This document shows positions 1 through 14,921 of a DNA stretch of 64,000 nucleotides, piece after piece. The position numbers and the translations under genes were made by a program. The notes beneath the pieces are model-generated. The model ran no database searches, was not told the DNA's origin, and saw only the letters and a program-made list of their open reading frames with translations. Within the stretch, counting starts at the first letter, position 1; each line of letters begins with the position of its first letter. The DNA comes from the human T2T-CHM13v2.0 reference genome, Homo sapiens, in assembly GCF_009914755.1 (NCBI RefSeq), contig NC_060926.1. The stretch is one strand, 5' to 3'.

Positions 1-1631
1 CTTCTCTGTTTTAACGATTCCCTCTCTGTTTGGGCCATCTTTTGGGTCCTTTGTCACTGCTCTTCTTTACTTATTGGCATTCCTCAGGGTCCAGTATTTT
101 CTTCTGGACTTCTCTCTTGATAGAAAAGATAGTATAGAGCTATGCATGTACACTGTAGTCACTGAGTGCCAGGTGTTGCTCCGACTGCTGCACACATTCA
201 GTACATTTGATCTGCATATTAATTTGAAGACATAAACATTACGAGCACAGATGAAGAAACTGAGCCATAGATAATGATCTTGCTCTTTGTTGCAGAGCTG
301 GTAAGTGGGGATGCCAGAGAGGCTGGTTCTAGAGACAGTGTTTTAAGCCCTATTTTCGGATTAGCTGCCTCTCCCGGGGGAGTGGGGGCTTCAGAGCATT
401 GATGCAGACTTGGTAGGGGGAGGCTCTGGAGCCACATCTGAGTGTCATGGCTGTCATGGCTAAGGAGCATAGCCAGCAGCAGGAGGAGGCGTGTTGTGTT
501 CAGTGCGGAGCACAGAGAAGGCAACGGGGTATGAAGCAATGACAATAGGTGAGAGAAAACAAAAAGATACACTGAATGTGGATGTGAAAAATGGAGCTTA
601 AAGTCAGCCTTCCAGATAATGCAACACTCTGGGACATGGGATGGGCTCAGGAGTGTGTCCTTTATGTGCCCTAAACACTTGATGCCTATTGCTAATATTG
701 CACTTACTACCTGTGTCATGGTAAATTGTATCAATGTTTGTCTCTGCCATTTTACTACAATCTCTTTAAGGGTAAGTACTATACTGATCAAACCAGAAAC
801 CTTAAGTTCTATCAGCATTGATGTTGGCATTGATGCTTCTGTTAAATCAGGCTCACATTGCTGAACTTATATAGGTACAACAGATGCTAGGAAAACAAAG
901 GTATATGTTATATTTATTTAAAAAGTATCACTCAAATAATGCTAGCAAGGGACATAATGCAAATGAAAAATTATGATATAAACATCACAGAATTTAGAGC
1001 GGAAGTCACTTTGGGGAGTTTATGGTGTGAATAGAGGAGTATCCAATTGAACCCTTGCCCTCAAACAACTTTGTTCTTGGCCTCTTAGATTCTAGCTATC
1101 CAGGTCATTGAAAGCTCCTCCTAGTGCCTGGGAACTTCTTCCCACAGGGACAAGCCTTTTATACAGATGATTCCATCTCATAGAACATGGCCTTGCAGAA
1201 TGGAGTAACACAGTGTTACTGACATACAGCGTGCTCAGAGCACACAGCACCAATGCCCTCACTTTGCACGTGCAGGCGGACGCTCCAGGAAGTGAAGCCA
1301 TGAACGCAGGTTCACACAGAGAACAGCAGGGGTAGGACTGGACTTCATTTTAATTTGTTTTTCACGACATCTTTGACCATGGACAATGTGCTGGAAGGGG
1401 AAGTGGGAGGAAATTTTACTATCCTGGTGTTGACTCTTTTTGAAGAAACGACACTCAGGAAAAGTTTGAGGCCTGAAAGCCTGCAATGAAACATCAAATA
1501 TTACAGAATATGAATACAAGGATATGGATTGGGGATCCAGAGAGGTGGTTTACATAAAAATTGAGTGACCTTAGATAAGTCTTTCGATTTCCTCGAGCAT
1601 CAGTTTCTTTGTCTATTAAATAAAGTTAGAA

Positions 1632-1962
1632 CCAGTCTATTCAGGTTGCTATAGCAAAGTAGTTAGGCTGGGTGGCTTACAAACAACAGATAGGTATTCC
1701 TCACAATTCTGGAAGTTCATGAACAAGGAAGTCTATTGAGGACTCTCTTCCTGGTTCATTGATGGCTGCCTTCTGCCTGTAATCTTGCATGGCTGAAGGG
1801 ACAAGAGAGCCGCCTGGGACCTCTTCTATTGGGTCACTAATCTCATTAATGAGGACTCCACCCTCATGACCTAATCACCTTCCCAAAGCCTAATACCATC
1901 ATCTTGGAAGTTAGGATTTCAACATAGGAGTTTTGGGGGACACAAACATTCAGACCCTACCA
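1632..1962 (-). mobile_element. MLT1A-like MaLR LTR
   Basis: Antisense MLT1 motifs: ggctgggtggcttacaaacaacag, ccctcatgacctaatcacct, ttaggatttcaacata, gggggacacaaacattcagacc. Confidence 0.8.
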
Positions 1963-1997
1963 GTTAGACAATATATATTGTAGCATGGTGAAAGATA

Positions 1998-2301
1998 GAG
2001 TTGACTCTCTGTATCCACAGTTTCTTCTTCCGTAGATTCAACCAACCGGAGATCAAAAATATTGTAAAAACACAACAAAAAAAGTACAAATAAAAACAAT
2101 ATAGTATAATAACGGTGCATAACATTTACATTATATTAGGTATTATAAGCAATCTAGATTTAAAGTATACAGAAGGATGTGTGTGTGTTACATGCAAACA
2201 CGGGGCCGTTTTATACAAAGGACCTGAGCTTCCACACACTTTGGTATTTAAAGAGGGGGGTCCTGAAAGCAAGCCACCATGGAGACCAAGAGACAACTGT
2301 A
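1998..2301. mobile_element. MER2 (TcMar-Tigger non-autonomous DNA transposon)
   Basis: gttgac..tgtatcc terminus, gattcaaccaacc, tatattaggtattataagcaatctag, gacaactgta terminus. Confidence 0.8.
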
Positions 2302-3719
2302 GATATAAAATGAGTCACAAACATTTATCACTTGCTTCCTGTAAATATAAGCCATTATCATTAATACAATAAACACAACATTTAGTCACTCAAGGAGAAA
2401 TACATAATTCACCTCCATATTCTGAACATCATCCATCTCCCTGCCATGCTGGAGAACAGGCCGAGTTATAAAAACCAGCACTGAGAGGATGACTTCTCTT
2501 TGAACTTGTTTTAAACACTCTGATTATTTCCCAGGAACATAAGACTGCATGCCATCTCCAAGAAATTTTGGTAACTCCTTGAAATTCAGTTCTAAATTTT
2601 CCAAGAAATGAGAGGCTCGTATGAATAATTGGTTTTAACATATAAACTATATCATAGAATAGAAGATGCTACAATTTCACAACTCTCAGGTGGCTTAGAA
2701 CAAGATAGGAAAGGTTCTCAGGATGTCTATGCCAAAAGTGAAAGGCTGTGAATTCCTCCTAAACTTCCAGAATTCGAGCTTCATGGTCGTGAAGAGATGC
2801 TTAAGCGCTACTTTTCTGAAACCTGATCAAAAGTTTAAGAAAAACCTTAGGGAGCAGATTCTTATGTCAATTGTTAGTTTTCCAGAGGACTTGGAGTTCT
2901 TTAAACACAGAGACACACTTTGTCATCTTTTCACCTCTACTCAATGCCTGGCCCATAATGAATATGTAATAAGTAGAGGCCAAGTAAAACTTGCTTTGAC
3001 TGATGCCTTTTTCTTCTTCAACTCTCGAGTGAACATTCAGAATGTAAGTTATTACTACCATCCCCCATGGTGTTCTATTACTGAGGTTTTAATATGTTTG
3101 ATGTTGCATAGTGAGAGGGGTCTTTGGCCTCATGAATGATATTCGCCCTCCTCCTCGCTTCCTCATTTCTCAATAAGCAAAGCCATTTATTTTCCATGTG
3201 TAGAACAAATTTAGAATAAAAATTGTTCCCACTCACTCACACTAAGATGTAGATGACTGATATAAAATCTTAACCTAATAATAAGAGGAAATAAGAGAGG
3301 GGGAGAAGCCACGGGGAAATGGCGAGCCATGTGTAATTTGAAGAAAGACACACAAAAAGGAACAGCTGGGGACCCCAGGGACAAACATAAATCACTTCAT
3401 AATTTTCTTTGAGACAACCTTGAGCATGTCTTTCTACAAAAGACAGAAATGTGAGAGATAAAAATAAGACATTATCACAGATGTACATTTTCCTTCAAGA
3501 GCCCCTAAACAGAGTTATTTTCTCTGCAACTGCTTTGAATATTTTATTCTCATTCTCAAGTAAATATTTTTTACTTACGTGTTCAAATCTTCTGATATAT
3601 AATTCACTCTGTTGAAAATATAACAATAGACATGGAGAGTAGACACAATAAAGCAAGAAGAAATAAAGTGTGATTATATATTTTAAAAAAAAACTTTGAA
3701 AAGAATTGTCAGTAATCTC

Positions 3720-4390
3720 CACAGAACGCGCAGTGATGATGGAACGTTCCATGGCTCCACTGTCCATCACGGTACCCTCCAGCCACATGGAGCTACTGAT
3801 CACAAAATCAGTATTAATCAACTTTATAAATCATCAAAATACTACCATTTGCAACAACATGGATGAATTTTTATTATGCTAAATAGAGTTAGCCAGTCAT
3901 GGAACAAAAACAATACCGCATGATCTCATTTATATGTGGAAGCTAAAAAGGAAAGTAGATTATGTAAAAACGAATGAAATTGTGGCTACCATAGTCAGCG
4001 AAGGGAGGCACAAGGAAAGATGTGGGTCAAAGGGCACAGAATTGCAGCTGTTTAGGATGACTAGGTCTAGCAACCCCATGTATAACCTGCAAATTATATA
4101 ATAGTTATAATATTGTGTTGCATACTGAAAATTTGCTAAGAAGTAGATTTTAGGTGCTTGAACCTCACACACAAAGTGTGGCTATGTTAGATATTGGATA
4201 TGTTAACTTACTTGACCATAGTAACCATTTTAATATGTATATCAAAAGATCACACTAGACACCTTAAATATATGCACTGAAAAAGAAAAGCGGCTATTTC
4301 AACAGAGGAACTACATGTTTTATTTTAATTAATTTAATATTAAATTTCAATAGCCCTATGTGATCTGCTGCAACTATATTTGTGCAGTGT
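3720..4390. mobile_element. MER3-like hAT element split by an L1MA-type 3' end (~3840-4290, + strand)
   Basis: MER3 motifs gtgatgatggaa..agccacatgg and gaggaacta..ttaatttaa..aatagcc flank L1 3' motifs ccatttgcaacaacatggatgaa and aaatttgctaagaagtagatttta. Confidence 0.65.
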
Positions 4391-4513
4391 GAGATTAGAG
4401 AGAAAATAAAAAAGTTTTAGAAGATATGCATGAGTGTAGTCTCTGAAGCAGGAAGAGGTTAGGGAATTAACATTCCTGTTATTGAAAGACTCAATGCTAT
4501 GTTGTTTATACAG

Positions 4514-5054
4514 CAGGGATCCCCAGTCCCCATGCCATGGACCGATACTAGTCTGTCGCCTGTTAAGAACCAGGGTGCGTGAGCAACAAGAGGTGAACGG
4601 AGGGCGAGCAAGTGAAGATTCATCTGTATTTACAGCTTCTCCCCATTGCTTACATTACTGCCTGAGCTCCGTCTCCTGTCAGATCAGCAGAGGCATTAGA
4701 TTCTCATAGGAGCACAAACCCTATTGTGAACTGCGCATGCGAGGGATCTGGGTTGCATGCTCCTTGTGAGAATCTAATGCCTGATGATCTGTCACTGTCT
4801 CCCATTATCCCCAGATGGCATCATCTAATTGCAAGAAAACAAGTTCAGGGCTCCTACTGATTCTTTATTATAGTGAGTTGTATAATTATTTCATCATATA
4901 TCAATTACAGTATAATAATAATAGAAATAAAGCACACAATGCATTTAATGAACTTGAGTCACCCTGAAGCCAACCCCTCCTCTGTCTCCTGGGCCATGGA
5001 GAAATTGTCTTCCACAAAACCAGCCCTTGGTACCAAGAAGGTTAGAGACCACTG
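4514..5054 (+). mobile_element. MER1A (hAT-Charlie)
   Basis: cagggatcccc 5' end, cctgagctccgtctcctgtcagatcagc, gagaatctaatgcctgatgatctgtcactgtctccc, gaccactg 3' end; ~540 bp. Confidence 0.88.
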
Positions 5055-6615
5055 TCACAGAGAACAAAACCAGCCTATCCTGAAATATAAGCTAATTAAG
5101 TTGCTGAAAATAATTAAAATTACTTTAAGTAGACTGGAAAAATAGCAAGTCACTTATAAAGGAAAACTTACATCAGATTTTGTCATCTACAATTTTTAAT
5201 GCTGGAAGATGATGTAGAAACAAGAAAAGATTACTTAAGAAAATAATGTGTGGTCCCATAACTTTTACTCAGTTTTATTCTTGTTCAATTAAATGGTGAC
5301 AAACTACTTTAAATATTTAAGAACAGAGTTATTGTTACCATTAGTTCTTCTCAAGGACCATTAGAGAACAGATTTCAACTAATAAAGTGTTAAAAATGGC
5401 TCTGAATATTGAATATTTAACTGTAGGAATAAGAATAAAATAAATTACAGACATTATTGTTACATAACAGAGAACAATTTAGATTCCTTGACAATGTCAA
5501 AGGTGAGAAAAAATTATTTAAATCCTTAAAGGCAGAAAGTACAATATAAAATAATGACAGAATTAAAACCATTTATGTTTAGCCAGAGTAATAAGTATTA
5601 ACAGGCTAAGTGCATCTATTACAAAATACAAAAAAAAAAAACAAACTCCAGATCATATCACTAAGCAAAACTGCACTATTTTCTGCATTTATTAAATACT
5701 ACCAAAGCAAGTAATTATCAATATTTGAAAGTATAAAAAATAGGGAAACATAAGGAAAATTCAAATAAAATGAAGCAGATTATGTTACTGTCAAATAGCT
5801 TTCAATGCAGATGCAAAATATATAATATATAAATCATAAATAAGAATAAATATTTTCTTTATTAAGAGAAGGTTATATAAATCATAAATAAGAATATTTT
5901 ATTTATTAAGTGAAGTTTACAGTTCCCGATAGAGTATAACACTATGAGTGTTTATGCAACAATACATTCAAAATTAATATTTATTCTGCAAAAATACAGG
6001 AGATAAAAAGAGAACTGGAAACACACTAGAAGATGGAGATTTGTATTTATATCAGTTTTTTTGTCAATAAAAATGTGGAAGATCCAAATAAAAGTTAAAC
6101 CTAACAGATATATCAAAACCTGTGTCTTAAAATAGATAAAATGCTTATTTCAAGTAACATAGACCTTTCACAAAAATTGACACAAATATAGCCACAAACA
6201 CCACACATATATACACCCTAGTACATGCCAAAGAGTTAAAACGTGTTTCTGTCTCAAATGCTCTGATTACAAAGCATTAAAACCAATAGTTAATGGCAAG
6301 TACAAGAGCCAACAATGTACTTGACTCTGGGTGTGGAGAAATACTCCTAAGTCAGAAAGAAATTCCCACTGAATTTGTAAATAGCTGAAATGTAATAATA
6401 CTAAACACTGTATATTTTAATATCTCTGGGCGACAGATAAAACTATGCCCCATGAAAAATGTATAGCCTTAAAAGCAAACATTTATAAAATTACAATGAA
6501 TATAAATTAATTCAATATACATTCAATTCAAGATGTAGGCTAATACACACAAAAGGGATAAGCAAAGACAAAAGTAATGCTGAATAAATAAAGAAAAACA
6601 GAAAGCCATGAAGCT

Positions 6616-6976
<361 letters not shown>

Positions 6977-6998
6977 TTAAAACATATTAAAAATTTTC

Positions 6999-7185
6999 TG
7001 TTATGAATTGAATGTTTGTATCCTCCAAAGTTCATATGTTGAAGCCCTAACCCCACAGTGGGATAGCATTAGGAGGTGAGAACTTTGGGAGGTGATGAGG
7101 TTTAGATGAAGACACAAGAGCAGAGCCCCTATTATGAGATGAGTGATCTTATTAAAAAAAAAAAAAAGGAAGAGACTGGAGTGTA

Positions 7186-7225
<40 letters not shown>

Positions 7226-7424
7226 GTCTCTACCACATGAGGACATAGCAGGAAGGTGAGAAGGTGGCCATCTTTAAGCCAGGAGGAGAGCTCTCACCAG
7301 AATTCAAATCAGCCAGCACCTTGATCTTGGGCTCCCAGCCTCCAAAACTATGAGAAATAAATGTCTGTTATTTAAGCTACCTAGTCTATGGTATTTTATT
7401 GTAAGAGTTTGGTCAGATTAAGAC
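6999..7424 (+). mobile_element. MLT1A/MLT1A0 LTR with internal (CT)n
   Basis: tgttatgaattgaatgtttgt, ttcatatgttgaagccctaacccc, gccagcaccttgatcttgg, gagaaataaatgtctgtt, gattaagaca end. Confidence 0.88.
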
Positions 7425-10265
7425 ATAGTGCTATCCGCTATCAAACATGTCGTAAAGCTATGATAAATAAATCACTGTTTTAGTGGCATTGGAATTGGCC
7501 AAATCAACGTAAAAAGGTAGAAATTTCAGAAATACATTCAAACAAAAGAGTTTAGATGTGACAAGGGTGTCATAGCAAATCACTGGGGAAAATCATATAA
7601 ATTTCAAATTTACCTTTTTAAAAGGTATTTAAGAAGGAATTATTTAAGAAAAGTTATTTAAGAAAGAATAAAAGTTTCATGTCAATAAGGTAGCAATCTA
7701 GGAAAAAATAAATGGACTAAATTCCTATCCCTCAACTTACAATAAATTCCAAATGAATCCAACATTTAAAGGCAAAAGATTCAAACTACAAATATATTTA
7801 GAAGAATCCATGGCAGGATTTCGGTATAATAGCATGGTTTAGCAAGTCTTTCTAAGTGTGACACAAAATTTAGAAGCCATGAAAGACTTCATTTCATAAA
7901 GAACAATTACTAAGTAAGCAATTAAACAAAGCCAAAGGAAAACAACAAAACTGCAAAAGAAGTAGGAGATAAGTTCCAAAAAGTGAATGTCTTTAATATG
8001 TATGGAACTTTTAAAAACTAATAAGAAAAATGTCAACAAATTATAGAAATACGGACAAAAACATAATAGCTCAAAAAGAAAAACCAAATGGCTTTTACTA
8101 TGCAAAGAGTTGTTTCAACTGTCATAATAAAAGAAAATCATATTAAAACTACTGAAATGGCATTTCTATCTCTTAAACTGATAAAGAACATGCAGCTTAA
8201 TGTAATGTGTTTCTTAGGGTGTGAGAAAGTTCTGCAATGCCACACTGAGCTCACGGGAGGCAGCTTGGCATAACCTCTATAGAGAGTAATTTAGTAATTT
8301 ATATCAATATGAAAATACAATTAACCCCAGCAACTGCACTTTTGGAAACTTCTCCTACGAATATATTTGCACACATATGAAATAAAATATGTGAAATGCC
8401 ATTTATTGAATCATTTTCCTAACAGCAAAAGATCGTCAGAGTTAGATGCCTGCAGTATGTGCCCACTGAGTATATTATGGTAAATCTACACAATGGAAAA
8501 CGATGAGGCAACAAAAAGAAAGGCTGAGGAAGCTATTTCTTTCCTAATATTAAATGATGGCCAAGGTCTATCCCTAAGTGAAATAAGCTTAGCTCAAAAC
8601 AATGTGTATATTATTCTACTCTTTGAATAAAAGTGGGCAAATCTTATATGCTTATTTCTTCAAATATGCATATATCTCAGGGGGTACCCAAGACGTGTCT
8701 GAAATAGAGTTCTTTGGGGAAGAAGAAAAATTGAGTGGCCACAGGAGACGAATATGGAAGTAGAGAGAATCTTTATTATCTACAATTGTACATTTTAGGA
8801 ATTTTGAACTATGTAAACCTATCGATCATATATGTAATAAATTATATATACATAAAATATATAAAGTAATCAACATTGTGAGGTCAAAAAGTATCTATTG
8901 GACCATGCTGCTTGTAAAACTGAACAAGGTTTTCATCTCTGAAATGCATAAATTCTTTCATCTATATACAGACAACTACAATAACAAAGAAATAACAACT
9001 TTTGAGTATACGTCTGAGCCTGTTGCAGAAAAGTAACACAACGAGAAACTCAGTACAGTTTTAAATGAGAAAAGCCTAGGTCTAGTTTCACCTCCACTAC
9101 TAATTACTATTTTAATACTTTCCTAAATTAGTTAGCCTTCCTTCAGTGTAGTCAGTGATGATATACAGGGATTCTGAGTTCAAAGTTCTGAGTTCAGATT
9201 CTAGGTCTGCCACTCATCAGCAATTACTAAGCCCACTTCCTCATGGGCACAGTAAGGAGAGTGTTATAGCCCAAGAATTTGTTGTGACAAATAGGTGAGC
9301 ACCCTCATTCCAGGGCCAGGAGTAGACGTCCTCTCAACACGCCAACTCCCTCCTGGATGTTCCATGATGAAAGCAGGTAGCATCTTCTCTGTCCATCTGC
9401 CCACTGTAATCTGTCGTCTCCTTTCCAAGCACAAAAAACAGGACCTACTCTTCATAGGCGCTCAAACATGTATTGATTTGAAATCAAATGAAAGAAAGTA
9501 TTGTTGAATAAAAAGCTGATACAAAGCAGAGCAGAACAAGGAAGAGCTCTAGAAAGCCAAGGGAAAATCCTAGGAATCTAGAAATAACAGCTGGAAGCTG
9601 ACGTGAGACAGCTACTTTTCCATCTCCTTCTTTAGGACAACATGGCATTCTTGTGGCAAACGTCCATGCCAAATGACAGAATTCCCCACTCTAAATTAAA
9701 ATGACATTGTCTGTCAGTGACTGTGCGGTGCGCATAGGTGAAGGAGCAGGCTGCCTTCTGAGTGGCCTAAATGCACACAACAAGAAACTAAAATTGGAGC
9801 AATTTGCTGTAATTTAAAAAGAAGAATGAGTGAATGAATACAGGCACTGCAGAAAATTATAGATTTTATTTGAAGGTAAGATTGTACATCTCTAATCAAG
9901 GCTTAAAATCTGAATTAGGATAAATTGTGCCATAATTATTTTCTTAGAAGAGAACAAAGAAGTTTTTAAAGCACCTAATATTCCCCCTTTGAAGCTTTCA
10001 AAATGAAGACATTCACTTTGTGGTAAATGTGCAGCTTCATCTGCCTCTGTCTCATAAAAACCTGAAGTTCATTTAGCCAGATTCAGAGCCTTTGACATGC
10101 AAAGCACTGATGAGCATTTAGTCTTCCCAGTACATTTGTTGCATTTGTTTTGGTCCTCCTGAGCTTCAAGCTTTTAATTAGGGAAAAAAAATTAGCTTAC
10201 TGGTGACAATTATTGGCTTGAGTCTAAGAGTTCTTTATCAATTGTGCATGTTCCTGAGACCAGTA

Positions 10266-10419
10266 AGTGTGTATATGACTGTGTGTATGTGTGTATGCAT
10301 GCATATATATGCTTGTGTGTATGCATGTGTGAGCGTGTGAATGTGTTGTATGCATGCATATGTATGCTTGGGTGTATGCATGTGTGAGTGTGTGTGCATA
10401 TGTCTGTGTGTGTGTGTGT
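10266..10419. repeat. Degenerate (TG/TA/CA)n microsatellite
   Basis: Alternating gtgt/atgc run seen directly. Confidence 0.9.
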
Positions 10420-10608
10420 TGGGCTGGAGGTGGAAGAAGTGAGCAAGAAAAAGCAAAGCTAAGTAAAGATTGTTGGTTTTGTACTTTGATATTTAAGATT
10501 TTCTTTCAACCATTTTGATTACTACTCTCATGAAAATTATTTTTATTTATTCACTTTTTTTTCTTAGCGTCAAGGTCTTGCTCTGTCACCTTAAAATAAT
10601 GTATTATT

Positions 10609-10889
10609 GGCCAGGCGCAGTGGACAGCGCTTTGAGAGACCGAGGTGGGCAGATCACTTGAGGTCAGGTGTTCAAAACCAGCCTGGCCCACGTGGTGAAA
10701 CCTCGTCTCTACTAAAAATACAAAACAGTTAGCTGGGGGTGGTGGCGCTTGCCTTGTAATCTCAGCTACTTCAGAGGCTGAGGCAGGAGAACTGCTTGAA
10801 TCCAGGAGGCAGAGGTTGCAGTGAGCCGAGATCGCGCCACCGCACTCCAGCCTGGCCAACACATCAAGACTCCATCTCAAAAAAAAAAA
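10609..10889 (+). mobile_element. AluS with ~16-nt deletion in left arm
   Basis: ggccaggcgcagtgg[deletion]acagcgctttgagag...gagatcgcgccaccgcactccagcctgg plus A-tail; gtattatt repeated on both flanks. Confidence 0.93.
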
Positions 10890-10972
10890 GTATTATTATG
10901 CTTTGGGGAATTAATAAATTTTCCCTCTACAGCAATAGAAAACATTGTCTGTTTCTCTACATTCAAAATATT

Positions 10973-10973
<1 letters not shown>

Positions 10974-11010
<37 letters not shown>

Positions 11011-11011
11011 A
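10974..11011. repeat. Compound (CT)n(AT)n microsatellite
   Basis: Seen directly. Confidence 0.9.
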
Positions 11012-11519
11012 ACATGTATATTAAAATCTGGGCTACTTCAGCTTATTGTGCTGGAAAATTATAGCCATCAGCTATTAAACATATCAATCTGATACAATCT
11101 TCTATTACACCCATCTCGCCCAATGTAGGAGATTAGATTTTTCTTATTCTCCTCGTTTAAAACAACCACAGGCAGATATTTATCTTACTCTTACAAACTA
11201 CCAGGGTAAAAATAACGTGCAGCATCCCATTACAGAATACAACCATTTCTACAATTACACAGTTCACCTTCACACTTTATATAATTCTCCCTCATGTCAA
11301 AATTTAACTCTTTTATTTGATCGAGTCATTGGGAAGCAGAAAAGCCGAGGATTTCAATGCCTTCATGACTACCTTCCATGTATTTGAGTGCAGAAAGATA
11401 GAAGAAGCATGAGCTTTGGAATTGGGTCTGAATTCAAGTTCTAGATGAGCACATATGGCTGAGGGAACATCACAATGTTCTTAACCCCCTGAGCCACAGT
11501 TGCCACACAGTAATGATAA

Positions 11520-11745
11520 TCAGGGCTGACGCTGATATGGTGCTCTGTGCACAGAAACCATGCTAACTGCATGTTAACTCAAGAAATGCTCACAGTCACA
11601 GATGGCACAGGCATGGTTATGACCCTCACATCACAGATGGGGACAGGAGGCACCAAGAGGCTTGTGAACCTGCCCACAATCACACAGCTTCTGGCTGGTG
11701 GAGCTAGATTTGCACCCAGTCTAGCTTCCTAACCAGGTGCTTAAA
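11520..11745 (-). mobile_element. MIR fragment
   Basis: cacagatggggacaggaggcaccaagaggcttgtgaacctgcccacaatcacacagct matches the MIR core. Confidence 0.65.
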
Positions 11746-12679
11746 TATCACACTTCCCTGAGGCCGCCATTATGAAAAGGAGGGCAGTCACACCTACCAC
11801 AAAGCATAATAACAAACAGAAAATGTAAAGCATCAGGAAAATTATGAAACTGAGTGAAATTTCAGTGAGGAAACCCTATTGCTATCTTGTTCTCCAAACT
11901 GCATTACTCCTGCTTACAGAATCTTTAAATTTGGAGTAACTCGGAGGTCATCTAGCACAATGCCAAGAAAGCTAACATGGGTGATCACAAATCAAGTCAT
12001 GGCAATACAAATCTCATCAACTTTTAAATGCTGTGCTGTGAGCTGAAAATCAAAAGAACCTACCTGATCAAAGTTGTATCAAGTCTAAGTAATATGATGC
12101 CGTTATCTTTCAAAAACGTAAAATTGTTCCTCTTCCTAACATCCATCCACAATTCTCCATGACTTAAACGGGAACATTCAACGTAATTAGGATGGCATTC
12201 TAGGTCTTCCACGACTTCGTTCTCTCCATTCTTCCTCCTGAATTCTCATCTCTCATTGTTCCCTGTCCCAGTAAAGGGAACTAAACTGCATCAAGCGTGA
12301 TTTTGTGTTTTCCATGTGTTAATTCAGCTGACTTGCAGCAAGCCTTTGAGGTGGATATTATTGTAACTATTTTTATTAGGAAAGCAATCTTGCCTATGGA
12401 AAATTTAGTCAATTACCCCAGCTCACAGGGATTATTGTAGAAGAACTAAGACACCCTCCCAGCCAGCCTGGTCCTAGAAGCTCCACTCTGGGCCAATGCA
12501 CCCTAGGGCCTCTCACCCTCAGCTTCCCCCCCGGCCAGTGTGCATTTCCCCAAGCAGTCCACCGCCCCCTGTGACTCTCCACCTGAGCAGTGCTGTCCCT
12601 CCTCCAGGAACACCTTTCTCTACCTTGAGGACTCCACTTTAGCTCAATATTAAATTTATTTTCTTTCTCTTGGGAAAAC

Positions 12680-13400
12680 ACTTATTTATATTTTTATTTT
12701 CTTTCAATAGATGTGGTTTTGGGTTACAGGAGACAGGTGGTTTAGGGTTACAGGATAAGTTCTTCTAGTGGCGATTTCTGAGATTTTGGTGCACTTGTCA
12801 TCTGAGCAGTTTACTCTGTACCCAGTATGTCATGTTTTATCTCTCACCTCCCTCCATCCCATTTCCCTGAGTCCCCAAAGTCCATCATATCATTCTTATG
12901 CTTTTGCACCCTCATAGCTTAGCTCTTACTTACAAGTGAGAACATACGATATTAGGTTTTCCATTCCTGAGTTATTTCACTTAGAATAATGGCCTCCAGC
13001 TGCATCCAAGCTGCTGTAAAGGTCATTATTTCATTCTGTTTAATGGCTGAGTAGTATTCCATGGTGTATATGTGTATATATATACACGTATATATATACA
13101 CACTATATATATACACGTATATATATATACACATATATATACGTGTATATATATGTATATATACGTGTGTATATATATACACACGTATATATACACAACA
13201 TTTTCTTTATCTACTTGTTGATTGATGGGCCCTTAGGTTGGTTCCATATTTTTGCAATTGTGAATTGTGCTGCTATAAACATGCATGTGCCTGTGTCTCT
13301 TTCATATAATGACTTCTTTTCGTTTGTGTGGGTACTCAGTAGTGGGATTGCTGGATCGAATGGTAGATCTATTTTTAGTTCTTCAAGGAGTCTCCATACT
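12680..13400 (-). mobile_element. L1PB1-like 3' end with internal (TA/CA)n expansion at 13063-13197
   Basis: gatttctgagattttggtgcac, gagtccccaaagtccat, cctcatagcttagctc, ttccattcctgagttatttcacttagaataatgg. Confidence 0.88.
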
Positions 13401-14855
13401 GGGGAGGATATTTTTAAGCAGTTTATCTAGCAGCCACCATTATTCTTTTCCTTTATTTCTTTTTATTAGATTGTGTGTTTGTGTGTGTGCACACGTGCAT
13501 GCGTGCACACTGCTGTCCCCCACTGCCGTGGGGCAGGTGTATTTCAAGGCCTCTCTGTCCTGCCAGCTTCCTCACTTCCCAACAAACAGAAGTAGCCAGG
13601 CCTTGCCTTAATCTGTGATTCTTTAGCAGCTAAAAAGTGAACCCTGCAGAGAAGGTGTTCCATGAATGTTTACAGAATAAATGAATGGACAATAAACACA
13701 CACACACACCCCAGGATACACTTAGATATTTACAATAAATGCAAGCTAATTGGAACTAGGTAACTAATATTTCTGGTTAGAAAAGAATAAATTATGAATT
13801 TCAGGCTTCTCTTGGTTCTATTTTTTTCTCATAGATTCTCATTTCCATACCTTTTTGTCTGTCTTCACTTTCTTACTGTGGTTACTATTCACATCATAGC
13901 CCAAATCACTATCTGAACTGAGATACTTACACAATTTATTGACATGAGTGTTCAAAAATACAGTGAACTTCCCTCAAAGGACTGGTTATTATTTGGGCAT
14001 GAATATAAACACACAATAAACATTATAAAGTGTTCCTAAAGTGAGAATATTTGTTTGCTTTTGACTTACGGAATGAACACAGTTAAGGCATTCTGAGGCC
14101 CCCTCCAAATTTCCCCACACAGTGGAGGAAACTGATTCTACTGGCTCCAGGAAGAATCTAAGTCAGCCCCCACTCCCCAGCTTACAGATGCTGTGTATGA
14201 TGCTTGATGGATTTGGACATGTAATCGTCAGGGAACAGCTACACAAACAGGAAACATCTGCTGAACATTTTCTTTGTTAATGGCACTATTTACAATGAAT
14301 GCTCTTCACAAATAAATTGGGACCAGATCAGGTGGCCAGTCTCAGCTTCAAGGCATGTACCCAATTCCACATCACATCCATGCATTTTGAAAGAGAGTTT
14401 AAGCCATTCCACTTTATTCACTAAATAATCAAATTTTGATTATGGAGAAAAATACACACAGACAGACATGCATACATATATCCAGACACACTGCATGCAT
14501 ACATATATATATGCATACATATGACATGCATGCAAACACAGGTGGGTGTGTATGTCAGCTTTCCAAAAGTTACTCTTTCTTAAAAAGAGCTAATGCTTTA
14601 AAACAAGGAGAAATTGAATTTGTCTTATAATATAAAATAATTTTAACTTATATAATATTTCCATCTTTCTATCTGAGAACTTCATAGAAAAGTGACTTAA
14701 AATTCTCTATAATTCCAGCAGTCACAGAGAGCACAGATATAATAGTCCCCAAATAAATAGTTGTTGAATTCAAATATTTTTATTTATTCTACTATATAAT
14801 TACTCCAATTCACATAGAATAAAGTACTCTAAAAATCAGATACAACAAAAGCCTA

Positions 14856-14921
14856 GATTGTGCCACTGCACCCTAGCCTGGGTGACAGAGCAAGACTTCA
14901 TCTCAAAAAAAGAAAAAAAAA
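14856..14921 (+). mobile_element. Severely 5'-truncated Alu 3' end
   Basis: gattgtgccactgcaccctagcctgggtgacagagcaagacttcatctc plus A-tail. Confidence 0.85.

Noticed and set aside
219-830. 203-aa minus-strand ORF
   Set aside because: No recognisable domain, low-information Ser/Leu-rich composition, overlaps MIR-like sequence; expected by chance.
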